Origin: Eledone cirrhosa
Taxonomy: Eukaryota
Length of the DNA: 64,000 nt
Direction: 5' to 3'
Assembly (NCBI GenBank): GCA_964016885.1
Contig: OZ024743.1
Coordinates: 164,858,001 to 164,922,000 of the forward strand
Positions within the stretch are counted from its first letter, which is position 1. Every line of letters starts with the position of its first letter. Shown here piece after piece: positions 25,027 to 38,387 of this stretch. The translations under genes were made by a program, and so were the position numbers. The notes under the pieces were generated by a model, which saw only the letters and a program-made list of their open reading frames with translations, ran no database searches and was not told where the DNA came from.

Positions 25027-27903
25027 TTACAGAGACCGGATTAGCGAACTAGTTAAGCGGGCGTTGACGGGGGCCATCGTCAACAACAAGTGGTGGTTTG
25101 CTCTGAAAAGAGCGATTAGAATAGAATCCATTAGGTTTAGTAAGGCTTTAGCAATAGAGAAAAATAGAGCAGAGAGAGAACTAGTTAGAAAATTAGACGA
25201 GGCGCTTAGCAAAGGCATTGCGACCGACGTGCTTGCGGTGAAATTGGCCCTTGACCAATTCTTCAATGCAAAGCACGAAGGCTGCGTTATCAGAGCTAGG
25301 GTGCGTGCTCTCAGACACGAGGGGACGAAAGCCGTTCAATGGGCCCGAGTGGCGGAGGCGCGTCGTGGCAACAAAGCCACGATCCGGTTTTGGTGGACCA
25401 CGACGGGCGCATGCTACTCGATCCCGGGCAAATGTGTAAAGCTTTTCAGCGACACTTCGCTCAACTGTTCGGGGGAAGCGGCGGGCCGGATCGAGGGATG
25501 GACTTTAGTGTCTACCTCGACGGACTGCCGCGGCTCTCGACCACTGAGGCGGAGTGTTGCGAAAAGCCGATAACAGCCGCTGAAGGCAATGACTGGCTGC
25601 ATAAGGGGTAAATCGCCTGGTTTGGATGGTCTGTCCTATGAACTTTTCGTACAGATGCCAGACTTGTTCGGAGGCCTCTTGGCAGACGTCTACTGCAACT
25701 GGCAACAGAACGGGAGAATTCTCAGTTCTGTGAGCCGAGGAGCGGTGGCACTGCTGATAAAGGATCCGAACAAGGGGGATAACATAGATAATTTCAGGCC
25801 CATAACTCTGCTAAACACAGAGTTCAAGATTTTGGCCAAGGTGCTAGCAAAGAGGTTGGCGCTTGTCGTTGGTGGTCTGGTGGGAGAGACGCAGACATGC
25901 GCCATTCCCGACAGATCCATCCACCTCATGCGATACATCGTAGAGAGGGTAGCTAGGGAACCTGGCACGGGTGGGTCCTTGATTAATTTAGATCAGTCGA
26001 AAGCTTTCGATAGGGTCGACCATCGTTACCTAGCGGCAGTCCTGAGGGCGGCTGGCTTTGGGCCCGTCTTCAGAGGCTGGATCGCTGCCATGCACAGCGA
26101 CATCTGCTCTGTGGTGAGAGTGAACGGTCACCTTTCGGAACCGTTCAACATCATGCGCTCGGTCCGCCAAGGATGTCCCCTCTCGTCCCTCTTGTACGTA
26201 TTGACTCTCGAGCCATTACTGCACAAACTGGAGACGTTGAGGGGCGTCCCGCGCGAACTAGGATGCGGAAGATCCGTGTCAGCATATGCGGACGATGTCA
26301 CCGTAGTGGTGTCGAACGCCAAACACATCGAGGCGATCGGCACTACACTAAGAGAATACGAAGCGGTGACAGGAGCAATGATCAACCAGGAAAAGTCAGT
26401 GGGCCTGCAGCTCGGCACCTGGAGAGGCAGGTCCATGCCGTCCAACAGCGTCGTCGGGCGCTCGACGGACGGGCCGGTTAAATTGCTAGGGGTCTGGTTC
26501 GATCCGGACCTCCAGACGGACAAAAACTGGGACGAGGTGACGAGCAGGGTGGCTTCTCTCACCCAGAAATGGGCGGAGAGGAAGCTATCCCTGAAAGGTC
26601 GAGCGGAGGTGGTTAACGCGTACACTGCGTCCGTCCTCTACTACCGCCTGACCGTCGTACCTTATCCTAAGCCCCGCCTGAGTGCGCTGGAGCGTTTGCT
26701 CTTTCGCTTTTTGTGGAAGGGACGCACTCCGATGGTCAGGCGGTCCATCTGTTGTCAACACCCGCTACGTGGAGGGCTGGGCATGCCGTGGCTGATGATG
26801 CGCAGACACGCGCTCAGGCTACGACATCTCCACCTCTTCCTCGACGGTGATCAGGTGTGGTCGCCGTTTGCTAGACGCGTCTTTCCCCAGCTCGTTTCCT
26901 TGACGGAGCTGCAGTCCTGGGTCAAGCGAAGACCGAGAGGGAGCGCTTGGAGATTGGAATGTCTTCAGGCGCTCACAGCCCTCGACCAATCGGGCAATGT
27001 GATCGGTGGAAACTCCACCTCGGCGTTCTATAGAGGATTAGTGGAGGGGAAGATCGACGACGTACTTGGGGAAACTCTAGGCGTCGACGAAAATCAACTA
27101 GCCAATCTCTTCGGAAGAACTTTCGGGCCGGGACCTATGGACAACTTCCAGAAATCTCTGGCCTGGCAGTGCTACCGAGGAGCCTTGCCAGTTCGGGATA
27201 AACTCTACAGGCATGGAGGTGCGGTCAGCCGGGCATGTCCGAGATGCGCGCAGAGCGACGAAACCGTCCTGCACGCACTCGTCCAGTGTCCGAAAATTGC
27301 TGACTTGTGGGTTTATGTCGAACACCTGCTGTCGCGTGTAGGACGGATCCGGCTATCATCTGAGTCCATCGTGAGGATTGCCCCGCCCTCCTCCTTTAGC
27401 CGGGAAGGGCAGGCAGTTTTTATCTGTCTGGTGGCCATGGCGAAAGAGATAGTATGGTGGACACGTTTGAAAGGGCTGAAGACGAGCACTTACCTCTTCG
27501 GTGATGCCCTGATTGACTTTTTCAAATTTCATTTGAAAAGGAAAATCAGAGTAGAGAGGGAAGTGCTCTCTTCCCAGCATTTTGTTGAAAGATGGGTGAG
27601 AGAAGCAAGAATGGCCCGAGTGAATGGGTCTACTCTGAGTATATATCTGCAAATTAAAGGTGGAAAACTGGGAGAGGGCACTTGCCTTGGTGGTCAGGGT
27701 CACTGTGGCCTTTTACTGGGCTTTCTCCACAAATGTCCCTCCGAAGTCTCCCCCCTATTGGGGAATTTTTCAGTGTTATTTTTTTGTTATATCCTCTGTT
27801 TTTTCTTTTTTACACGCAGAAATGCCCATTTGTACCGTACTGTATTGTCCTGCACTCTCCTTAATGTCTACTTTATGTAAACCCTTGTGGTTAATAAAGA
27901 AAA

Positions 27904-27905
<2 letters not shown>
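25027..27905 (+). mobile_element. L1/Tx1-clade LINE, 5'-truncated, ORF2 RT (25589-27880)
   Basis: KSPGLDG, NFRPITLLNTEFKILAK, LDQSKAFDRVDH, VRQGCPLS, AYADDV, CPRC..ETVLHALVQC; AATAAA and (ATT)n; upstream frameshifts. Confidence 0.95.
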
Positions 27906-27974
<69 letters not shown>

Positions 27975-27975
<1 letters not shown>

Positions 27976-28380
27976 AGCTGCATTTATCTTGCTTTATGTT
28001 CATACGTGTTATCACCAAGTCACATCCAGTGACCTCAAGAGACAACAAGGTCCGCCATGTTCAAGAAAGAACATACATACTCACACATGCATCTTTAGTG
28101 TTTAGACTTGTGATGTACTTATATTGACAGAATCTTCCTTAGTATATGGGCAGTTCCCATTAGTACTATCTTTTGTATTTCTCCTATACGCGGGTTTCCT
28201 GGGATTTGCGATAAGTAATCATTAGACCCCTTAGGTATCATTCCCAGAACGCCCACAACCACTGGTATTGTTTTAGTTCTCAATTTCCACATTTTTCCAA
28301 TTTCTATCTCCAGGTCCTTATACTGGCTCAATTTTTCAAATGTTTTTATAGATACATTCTTGTCTATTGGAACGGACATA
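27975..28380 (-). mobile_element. R4/Dong-clade LINE 3' fragment between (TAA)n tracts
   Basis: EKLSQYKDLEIEI.KMW...IPVVVG.LG...IQKIVLMGTAHILRKILS. Confidence 0.85.
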
Positions 28381-28392
28381 TTATTATTATTA

Positions 28393-28439
<47 letters not shown>

Positions 28440-28444
<5 letters not shown>

Positions 28445-30009
28445 ATATATATATATATATATATTTGTGAAATGGGCGGTGGTTGAAATTCAGATGTGCA
28501 CGGTTAAATGGTAGAAGACGTGGTCGGACTGACATGAAAATTTACACACCAATGTAAAAAGTGTCGAGGAAGCAAATAGACGAAGTTTCAAATCTCTAAC
28601 TTGAAAAATGTGGTCCCTGGGGCCCCAAAACTATCGCGTTCGGTGAGTTATTTCCCCTGTTCTAATACTTTTGTCTTATTTACAATTTCATCAACGTTCT
28701 TTGGCTGTTAACATACAGTACCAATAATTTGAAAAATATTATTGAAAGTTTATTATAAAGAAGCAGTTTTAGGAAAAAGTGTAAACTATCATACAAACCT
28801 TCATAATATGCATTTTTAAACTTGCATATCATCGACATTGCTATTTCGCTGTTAATAAACTATCATTCTTATACATTTAACGATCATTCAGTACCGTTTT
28901 ACGAAATCGATTCTGCAGTACGGTCACTGTTTTCCATCAAAAGAAATAAAACCCTTGGCGATACTTGGTTTTAGTGTCCTAAATTATCATCATCGACATT
29001 CAATTATTAGCTCCACCCACTACACGATACGTCACGAAGGTAAATGTTTCGAAAAAATCTTTAACTGTATATCGTAACAATATATTGTTTAAAGAAATTT
29101 TTTTTCTGTTGTTAAAAACTGTAAATCTGTTTTAAAAAAATGTATTTCGCAGCAATTCTTTTTCTGTTAAAAACTGTAAATAAATTCATGTAAAAATGAA
29201 GCATAGTGTTTCGGTTAAATACATTTTTTTTAAAAACAGATTTACAGTTTTAAACAACAGAAAAAAAATTTCTTTAAACAATATATTGTTGCGATATACA
29301 GTTTAAAATTTTTTAGAAACATTTACCTTCGCAGCAATTTTTTTTCTGTTAAAAACTGTGAATAAATATTCATGTAAAAATGAAGCATAGTGTTTCGGTT
29401 AAAAACTTAAAAACTGTAAATAAATATTCATGTAAAAATGAAGCATAGTTTTTCTGTGAAAAACTGTAAATAAATATTTATTTTGTTCAAAACATAAATC
29501 AAAAATCTAATTTTCTCTGTTAATATTTTAATAAATATTTATTCTAAAAATTCAATGTTTTTTCGTGTAAAAATGAAGCATGTAAGAAAATGAACATGTA
29601 AAAATCAAGCCGAAGCAGCAGCTGATGACGTGTCGTGACGTATAGTGTAGTGGGTGGAGCTAATAATTGAATGTCGATGATGATAATTTAGGACACTAAA
29701 ACCAAGTATCGCCAAACCCTTAAATTGCGAAGAAGGGACGCGTGTTTTTATTTTAATTCTAATACATGTTAACCACCACTAACAGTAAGTAGTATTTTTC
29801 AAATTGCATATCATCGACATTGCTATTTCGCTGTTAATAAGCAACGCTTTTCACGTCGCTGCACTTCTCATTGTACGCCGTCCAGCCCCAAGTGCATATT
29901 TCTATTTTTTTTCCTGAAACTGCTTCTTTATAATTAACTTTCAATAATATTTTTCAAATTATTAACTTAATAAAAAGAGGCCCCGGGTGCAACCGGGCTC
30001 ACCTGCTAG
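28440..30009 (+). mobile_element. Non-autonomous Helitron (family A) with internal inverted repeats
   Basis: 5' region matches 18534; 3' ccccgggtgcaaccgggc...CTAG|T. Confidence 0.85.
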
Positions 30010-30036
30010 TATATATATATATAACCCGGAATAACG

Positions 30037-30069
<33 letters not shown>

Positions 30070-30169
30070 ATGTATGTATTTGATATATCCTCGTGTGTAT
30101 AAGAGTGGGCTTTTGTATATACATTTTAATATTTTAATTCTTTTTTCTTTAAATAGTGTGTACACATGT

Positions 30170-31553
30170 GCACGGGGATAGAGAATACCTGGGTTGGCGT
30201 CCAGGCGCACAGATAGCTCACTGGGATTGAGATGCCCCCTTAGCTGTTGTCGAAACACTTCTCTAAGAGGGAAACTCCGGTGTTGAGGGTACCCGATTAT
30301 GTTGACCAGTTCTTCTTTTCAGAGAGTGGGATTAGTTCTATGGAAGGTTTTTCTTCAGTTAAAAAAAATTGCAAGCACATGCATCGTTTGATCAATTTGA
30401 ACAAATAATGTGTTGCATTGTGGCTGGCCGTAGTCCAAAAAGGCAAAAATATTCAATGATGAACCATGATAATGTACGAATTAATGGCAATGGGGACTCT
30501 GGTACTGATGGTGAAAGGGTCTGGCACGGCAGGTGTCCCATGGCACCGCAATATGGGCCCAGTAATCATCCTGCCACTGCAAAGAAGAAGTTGAATTCTA
30601 TGAATATTGGTTACTAGAATATCCGGACCTTATTAGATTTGGTGTCTTCAGAATTACCACCAGAAAGAAGATCAGTTCTTGTTGCCTAAGAGCTGGGACG
30701 ATACAATATGGACATTGTTGTCTTCTCTGAAACAAGGCTACTCGAAGAAGGTCACATCACTGAGATGTCCAGTGGCTACACTTTTTACTGGAGTGGCAGA
30801 GCAACAGGATGCAAAAGGTGTATCGAACAATGTATGGACCTTTACCTGGTCTTTGTTGACTTGACAAAGGCCTTTGATACTGTCAATTGAACTGCATTGT
30901 GGAAAATGTTGGAAAAGTTTGGATGCCCTCCAAAGTTTGTGAAGATTCAACGTCTTTTTCATGATGACATGAAGGCTTGGGTCAGTATTGGTGGTAGCAT
31001 CTCTGAACCAATATCAGTTGAAAATGGAGGGTCTCAAGGGCACCTTGACTTGCGCTGGAATTTCATCTGACGAACGGGAGAAAATGGCTGGGGAGCGAGT
31101 GAGGTGGAGATGTTTGATCAAGTCAGGAAGTGAACACTTTGAAACTCGTCGAAGAGAACACCTACCACTGAAAAGGAAGGTGAGGAAAAGGGACTGTTCT
31201 GAACTGCCTACTGTTGAACATCATCTGGTTTGCCAGCATTGTGGTCGAGTCTGCCTGAGTAAAGCTGGTTTGACTAAACACGAACACAGTCATATCAGTA
31301 GGCCTCATGTAGATTATGATCTGAAAAGGTGTAGGGAATGTGACAAGGAATGTGCAAGCATGGGAGGTCTTAAAAGACATATGAAAACACAGTCAGAGCC
31401 AAGCAGTGGAAAGTCCCAGAGGAGGCTACGGTTGCCATATCTGTGCCAGAGGGTGCAAGTCTTTGGCTGGTTTAAAGAGCCATATTCGTGCCGCACATCT
31501 TTTAGTATTTTATCAGGCGATGGCAATGCTCGAACACGAATTTGCGGCCATCA
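30170..31553 (+). mobile_element. Internally deleted RTE-clade LINE
   Basis: APE start DIVVFSETRL..GYTFYWSG joined to RT FVDLTKAFDTVN..KFGCPPKF, then three C2H2-like fingers. Confidence 0.85.
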
Positions 31554-31597
31554 TATATATATATATATATATATGTTTTATTGCATTTATGTGGGTG

Positions 31598-31632
<35 letters not shown>

Positions 31633-31674
31633 CTACCTGTACGTGTGGCTGGGTGTGTGCAGGTGTGGTTTTTC

Positions 31675-31706
<32 letters not shown>

Positions 31707-31740
31707 TGTATGTATGTATGTATGTATGTATGTATATGTA

Positions 31741-31799
<59 letters not shown>

Positions 31800-31839
31800 A
31801 TGTATGTATGTATGTATGTATGACCCCTTAGCCTTTGTC

Positions 31840-32222
31840 AAGGCAGAATTCTAGGAGAAGGAAAACTCTGATATAATACCTGCAACCCTGATGGTATCCA
31901 ATGATGTTGACTTGTACTTCTTTTTGGTAAATATCATCTTGGTTAAGAGAGTGGGACTGGCTTTGTGCAGTGCCTTTTCTCACTATAAAAGCTTCACGGC
32001 ACAGGCATTGCTTTATATCTGGAGATCTCTCTGCACTTGTTGTCACATGGTACCATGGGCCCAGCACTATGTATCAATAATTGTCACAGGTGTAGTGTTT
32101 GTACCAGAGATTTCAAGTCGCTGGCTGGACTAAAAGTCACACTCGTTCAGCGCATCGGTAGGGGTTCTCCTACATGGATATAAAGTAGTGGCCGTACTCG
32201 AAAACGAGTTGGCAGCCACCAT
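31840..32222 (+). mobile_element. Short RTE-derived non-autonomous element
   Basis: ggagaaggaaaactctga 5' motif and CSVCTRDFKSLAGLKSH, the same finger as at 31440. Confidence 0.55.
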
Positions 32223-32435
32223 GTGTGAATGTATGTATGTATGTATGTATATATACATGTATATGTGTGTGTGTGTGTATGTATAGTCTTATACCACATC
32301 TGGGAGGTAGTATCGCAATAAGTGCACATGTGCTGTCCTAGCCCGGCCCTTGAACGCAGGACCAGTCGTCTCCGTCACGCTTGAATGTCCCCTGCTTACG
32401 TTAAATTCTTTCTTCTTCACCACCTATGTAAACTC

Positions 32436-32525
32436 TCATATCTGAAGAAGTCTTGATTAAGGGTCGGGATCCGATCACATGATCACACCTGAGCTGATCG
32501 ATATGGAACCAAATTGTAATATGTA
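32436..32525 (+). ncRNA. Degenerate hammerhead candidate (A13->G)
   Basis: catat-CTGAAGA-long weak stem II-GGAA-ccaaattg-TA-atatg. Confidence 0.4.
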
Positions 32526-32773
32526 ATAATGTTTACAAAAAGCTGCAATTCGTATTGTCTCTGTATGTATATATATGTATATTTTACGTATGTATGTGTG
32601 TATGTGGTTGTATGTATCTGCGTGGGTATATTTATTTGTTTTTTTTTTAAATTTATATCAGTTGTTTACTTGTCCTGTATAGGGTACGTGCGTCTGATGA
32701 ATTCTAGACATATGATTGGAGTTCTCTATAGTTGTTTGTGTCAGGCTCGTTTGTCCACAGATCTGATGTGGAT

Positions 32774-32889
32774 TTTGTTGTGATAACACTGGTCTGAGGA
32801 TCAGGCAGATTTGGAATCTGATCTGAACATTAATCCAGATCATGAGCCGACTGTTTGTGAAACAATTGTAACCATGACTGATCAATAAA
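32774..32889 (+). ncRNA. Type I hammerhead ribozyme with long stem II
   Basis: tggt-CTGAGGA-t-caggcag...ctgtttg-t-GAAA-caattg-TA-acca; distal stem I tttgttg/caataaa. Confidence 0.75.
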
Positions 32890-33018
32890 TTTCTCATGTA
32901 ACACTCTGCTCTAGCATCGAGTGCTGACTTTGGTACCCTCGCAAGTTTTCTACGGATTTACTGAACCATCTGCCCCTATATATAAATAAATAAATAAATA
33001 AATAAATATATATATATA

Positions 33019-33741
33019 TGGCGCGGCCAACTGGCAAGACCTCCCTCATAATGGGACCACTCAGCTGTCAAATTACGGTTCTGATGTGAGCAGAGTATGC
33101 CGCAACAAACATCAGGCCAGACCCTCCTCACAGAGGTGCCAACCAGTTCCATGCTGTAAGTGTGGTTGATCTTAGGAAGGACATCCAGCAGCTGTAAAAA
33201 CCCAGTCAATACACATTCCCGATATATGCAAGGTACAGGGCGGCCATTTGGCTAGACTTGCCTCGTAACAGGACCACCCAGTAACGTGGCCCCACTATGA
33301 GCAAGGCATGGCACGGCCAACTAGCCAGACCTCCCTCGCAATGAGTCCATCCAGCTCCCAAAATATGGTTCCGCTGTGGGCAGGGCACGGCGCGGCGAAC
33401 TGACCATTCCCTCCTCATAACAATGCCACCCAGTCCCACACAGTAAACGTGGTTGGCGATAGGAAGGGCATCCAGCAGCCGTAAAAACCCAATCAACGCA
33501 TAGTCCCGATATGTGCAAGGTATGGCGCAGCCATCTGGTCAGACCTGTCTCACAACAAGACCACTCAGTTCCCCAATGTAAACATGGTTGGTGGTAGGAA
33601 AGGCATTCAACTGTAAAAAATCCTAGCCAACATACAGTTCCGTTTGAGCAAGGTATGGAGAGGCCAGCTGACCAGACTTATCTTATAATGTGGACGACCT
33701 GTCTAACACATGCAAACATGGAAAATAGACGTTAAACGATG

Positions 33742-33770
<29 letters not shown>
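33019..33770 (+). mobile_element. RTE-type SINE-like repeat, internally triplicated (~290-bp units), with (GAT)n tail
   Basis: Three copies of ggttggcgataggaagggcatccagc..gtaaaaa; ends catggaaaatagacgttaaacgatgatgat. Confidence 0.65.
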
Positions 33771-33772
<2 letters not shown>

Positions 33773-33892
33773 AATATATATATATAAATATTTGTGAAGA
33801 GCGTGGGACATTACTAGCTACTATTTACAATGTGAATTTCTGATGAACGGCTCACATGGCACTATTTATCTTGTCAAAACTTTTCACACATT

Positions 33893-33982
33893 AATAATTG
33901 TTTCTACTTTTGGCACAAGGCCAGCAATTATCTCAGTGCATTACTGGTACTTATTTTATCGACCCCATAAGGATGAAAAGCA
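33893..33982 (-). mobile_element. tRNA-derived SINE, 3' fragment
   Basis: Reverse complement of the SINE body and tail. Confidence 0.8.
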
Positions 33983-34041
33983 ATAACATTTTCTGCCTAG
34001 TCTAAACAAAATAAAATTTATTTCTTACCAAGTGTCACTTA

Positions 34042-34409
34042 CTCTCGGGTCCCAAATAATAGGGAGTGGTGGTATAAAATCAATGATTGTTCTAGGTTGT
34101 CTCCCTTGATTTTTAAAAAACAGAATTAGTTATTTAGTTTACATATTGAGACCCTAACGTATTCTATTTATTTTATAACATGAAATTTCTAGTAATGCTC
34201 TTTTTTTCGTATAATGCTTCTCAATGTCTAAAGAAAAATTAATTATCACAGGAATACTAGCACTTAAAATAGAATTTCGCTGGAGATACATTAGCAAAAT
34301 TTAATGAGTAGGGTTGAAAGGGGGGGGGGGGGGGCAATAAGAGAGGGAAGGGGTTGAAAATAATCTGAAAAATTAACAAGCGGGCGGACGATTATTCGAG
34401 ACCCGGGAG
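34042..34409. mobile_element. Tc1/mariner-type MITE
   Basis: TIRs ctctcgggtcccaaataat / attattcgagacccgggag (3 mismatches), flanked by TA. Confidence 0.7.
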
Positions 34410-34602
34410 TATCCATCCATGGTCCTTGAACTCCTGATGTAGTCATAGGAACATTTTTACAAATATGGCATGTCTTGGCTATTTTTACGCATACATATTC
34501 CATCTATAAATTCTACTCACTCGCCATCGGTCAACTCAATGGTATAGTAGAACAAGATAAATGAGAAGCAGACATCACAACCATAGAGTTGTTTAGAACC
34601 AT

Positions 34603-35225
34603 ACACTCTGTTGTCATCACGCCAAACATCATAACCGTATAGCTATGTCTACACTCTGTTGTCATCACGCTAAACATCATAACCGTATAGCTATGTCTAC
34701 ACTCTGTTGTCATCACGCCAAACATCATAACCGTATAGCTATGTCTACACTCTGTTGTCATCACGCCAATCATCATAACCGTATAGCTATGTCTACACTC
34801 TGTTGTCATCACACCAAACATCATAACCGTATAGCTATGTCTACACTCTGTTGTCATCACGCCAAACATCATAACCGTATAGCTATGTCTACACTCTGTT
34901 GTCATCACGCTAAACATCATAACCGTATAGCTATGTCTACACTCTGTTGTCATCACGCTAAACATCATAACCGTATAGCTATGTCTACACTCTGTTGTCA
35001 TCACGCCAAACATCATAACCGTATAGCTATGTCTACACTCTGTTGTCATCACGCCAAACATCATAACCGTATAGCTATGTCTACACTCTGTTGTCATCAC
35101 GCCAAACATCATAACCGTATAGCTATGTCTACACTCTGTTGTCATCACGCCAAACATCATAACCGTATAGCTATGTCTACACTCTGTTGTCATGGCAAAT
35201 ATTAACCGTATAGCTATGTCTACAT
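34603..35225. repeat. 48-bp minisatellite, about 13 copies
   Basis: Unit acactctgttgtcatcacgccaaacatcataaccgtatagctatgtct, nearly invariant. Confidence 0.95.
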
Positions 35226-36399
35226 CGTGTTGCCATCATGTGTCTTTTTCAATGGAATTAGATCATTATAACTGAGGTGAAATGTCAATTGATGAGAATA
35301 GAAACTGTATCATAGCTTCTGTTCTCGTTGCTACATTATTGCAATAATATCATTGGGCATATTAATGCAAATTTATTCAACAAGAATTGGCTTTGTGTAA
35401 CTTCTTCCCATAGAAGCATTAATTCGCAAATGACATAAGTTGCACATGACTTAATATTAATTTCTTTCTGGTACATTGAAATGGTTTAGGATCATTCCAG
35501 ACTATAGAAAATCTGTTTCCATTGTTAGTTTTGTTTGCCTAACACTTGTTTCATTCATTAGTTCTGTGATTTAACCAGTTGGAATACTAAATAGGAACTC
35601 TTATACTTCATCCATAACTATATTGAACATAGTTGAATGTTTCATTTCTTAGCCATATGTTACTTAAATACATGCATCCATTGAAGTGATTTTACGCAAA
35701 TTACTTATCTTGGAGTGAAACAATTTGTTTTCTTCAAATTATTTTATCTACTTGTGAGAGAAGATGTTGAAAGTTGGTGAGAGGGTCACTTGCAAACGTT
35801 GTGTAGGAAAGTGATTTCTCTTGTGAATTGTTGTTTCTCTTCCATACAACCAAGGTCAAAATGATAGCATGTGAGGAGCAACGAACATAATGTATAAAAA
35901 AGAGCCAGCATTGACGGTAAGCTGAAAAAGGTTAAAGATTCCTGTGGAAAATCTACATAAAAATTCATGAAATTAACATCTTGCTTGTTGGTTTAAGTCT
36001 TTATAGAACAGCCTGGATCTGAAAAATAAGTTGACAATAGAGTAAATTAAATCAATTTCAAAAAATGATTCTACCAATTTGATTACTGATGGACGAACAC
36101 ATTCCAACTACCAGTCCAATTTATCTTGAGCACCACTGTCTTTCTTTGACAAGGAAGGGTGGCTAGTTGTCCCATGGTTGGTGGTGTTGGCAAAGAAAGT
36201 TGCATGGTTGATGTGGTTAACAAGTTTAACTGCTTTAACAAAGCCCTCATCAACTTCTTGGTGAAGCTAAATGGCCTATTCTTATCTCCCAATTATAAAC
36301 ATGTAGCAAAAAATTGAGAGACTGCAAATTTGAAACTTCCTTAGAGTTCTGCTTCTTTCCAAATCATGTCAAGTGTCAATCTGGCACCTGAGGCAAAAT

Positions 36400-38380
36400 T
36401 TGATAATACACACATTTTACAATCAATTGTCACATAAATGATGTCACAAGGGCACAAACAACAGTAAATATCTTTGCAAGGTTTTAAAATTGATAATGCC
36501 CTTCTTAGGACATGGGCAGTACCAGTCAGCACTATTTTCTGTATCTCTTATGGTTTACCAGGTAGCTGGTCCAAATATTTTTCAGTACCCTTTTTTATCA
36601 TTCCAAGTGTGCCGACTGTCACTGGTAATGTACATGCCTTAAGATGCCACATTTTCTCAATTTCGATTCATAGATCTTTATACTTACTGAGCTTTCCAAA
36701 CTCTTTCGAAGAGATGTTACGATCTGATTTAATGCACATGTCAATTAAGAAACATGTTTTCTCTTTATGATCCTTCACAATTATATCAGATCTGTTGGCC
36801 TTGATTGTTCTGTCAGTGTTCACATGGAAATCCCAGAGGATTGGTGCATTTTCGCCTCCTGTTACAACATCTGGGTGATGGTTGTACCCTTTTCCCTCCG
36901 TTTTCAGACCATAAAACCTGCACATTACCCAGTGTAAGTATTGCCCCACTCTATCATGCCTCATTTTATATTCCTGAGCAGCTAATAGCTTGCAGCCTGA
37001 AACCAGGTGGTGTATGGTCTCACCATGCTCCTCATAGAATCGACACTTTTGGTCAGTTCCATTTATGATCACATTGGCTTGAAAGTTGCACGTTGGAAGA
37101 CACTGGTCTTGTGCAGCCAAAATGAAGTCGTCACTCACTGCCTTTAGCCCAGAACTCCGCAGCCACTGATGGGTGAGAGCTTCATCTATATCAGTTTCTT
37201 TGCTATGGAGAACATGGTTTTTGCTCCCATTTAGTGCACAGTCTCAGCTGGACTTCATATTTTGCCAACACTTTGATATTCTTTGCAGCTTTAATTGCAG
37301 AATAGCCATTATTATTTTCAAACTGTATTCCCAGTTCTTCCACAAACTTCCTACATTCCTTTTTGACTGAATGTAGCCTCTTCCTTCCTTTCGTGATCTG
37401 CACACATTTTCATCATCCAGTCATCTGTGAGTTTTAAGGTACTGATTGAGTCCAATGGTCGATATCCCGTATAAAAGCTCTAGCTGGATCATTCCTCTAT
37501 TTTGTTTAGGGAGATAGTAGCGATCCACATCTGCTTTTGGGTGATGTAATCCATTACAGGTCAAACGTTTCTTGAATTTGGTGTCCATTCTCTTAATTTT
37601 GTTAACGTTCCAATTTATAATATTGAAACTGTTGGTGACAACACGGATTGCAAGCGCATTTATGACAGATAATTTATTTCTCGAGTTAAGCTCTGTTTTC
37701 ATGACAGTACGTACTCTCCAGTAGCATTCCTTCCCGAGTCTCTCTTTCATGCAGGCCTGGTGAATACCTTAGCCTTCATTGATCTCTTAATATCTATAGG
37801 TTTGTTCTTGTTCCCTGATTACTCTATTCACATCTATTTCCATTGAGTTTCTGCTTGTCATTCTGCCTTTCTTGAATTTTGTTTTTGGCACATTTTTCCA
37901 GTCCAAACTCCATCCCCAATCATCGCTAAACATCTTGACTGTCTTCAGCAGTCCTTCCAGTTTGTTGTCATTTTTTGGCATACAGCTTCAAGTCATCTAT
38001 ATAAAACAGGTGATTTATTGTTTTACTGTGTATTTTGTAGCCATATTTTGTTTTGTTGAGTGGGAGAGACAGCAGTATGAGTGCAATGCAAAATATCAGA
38101 AGAGAAAACAAATCACCTTGAAAAATACCTCAGTCAATACTTATGCTGCTGGAATTTATAATTCAATCACTGTAGCAATGCTAGATTTGTATTCCATAGA
38201 GATATGTTGTATTTCATGAAGATTGATATTACTGGGGAAATCTTCAGAACATCCAATGTTTCAAAGTCCATGAGTGAGGAATACTGTCAAATGCTTTCTC
38301 ATAGTCAATCCAAACAGTACTCAGATTTCTATACTTTTTACGACAGTTTTCCAGAATCATGCGATTAATGAGAAGTTGGT
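36400..38380 (-). mobile_element. R4/Dong-clade LINE, degenerate RT and restriction-like endonuclease
   Basis: WIDYEKAFDSIPH, LFYIDDLKLY, AAQDQ, CRF..ETIHHLVSGC, RHDRV, ILWDF..DR..NRSDI, KYKDL. Confidence 0.9.
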
Positions 38381-38387
38381 AATTTTT

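Noticed and set aside
24645-25030. Split HHR in short inverted repeats upstream of Tx1
   Set aside because: The core reads CTGATGT, stem I is weak, and it needs two pieces joined
33830-33893. HHR-like ctgatga motif
   Set aside because: No GAAA (reads caaaa) and no convincing stem II
34603-35225. CRISPR array
   Set aside because: Contiguous identical units with no unique spacers, no cas genes, and a eukaryotic context
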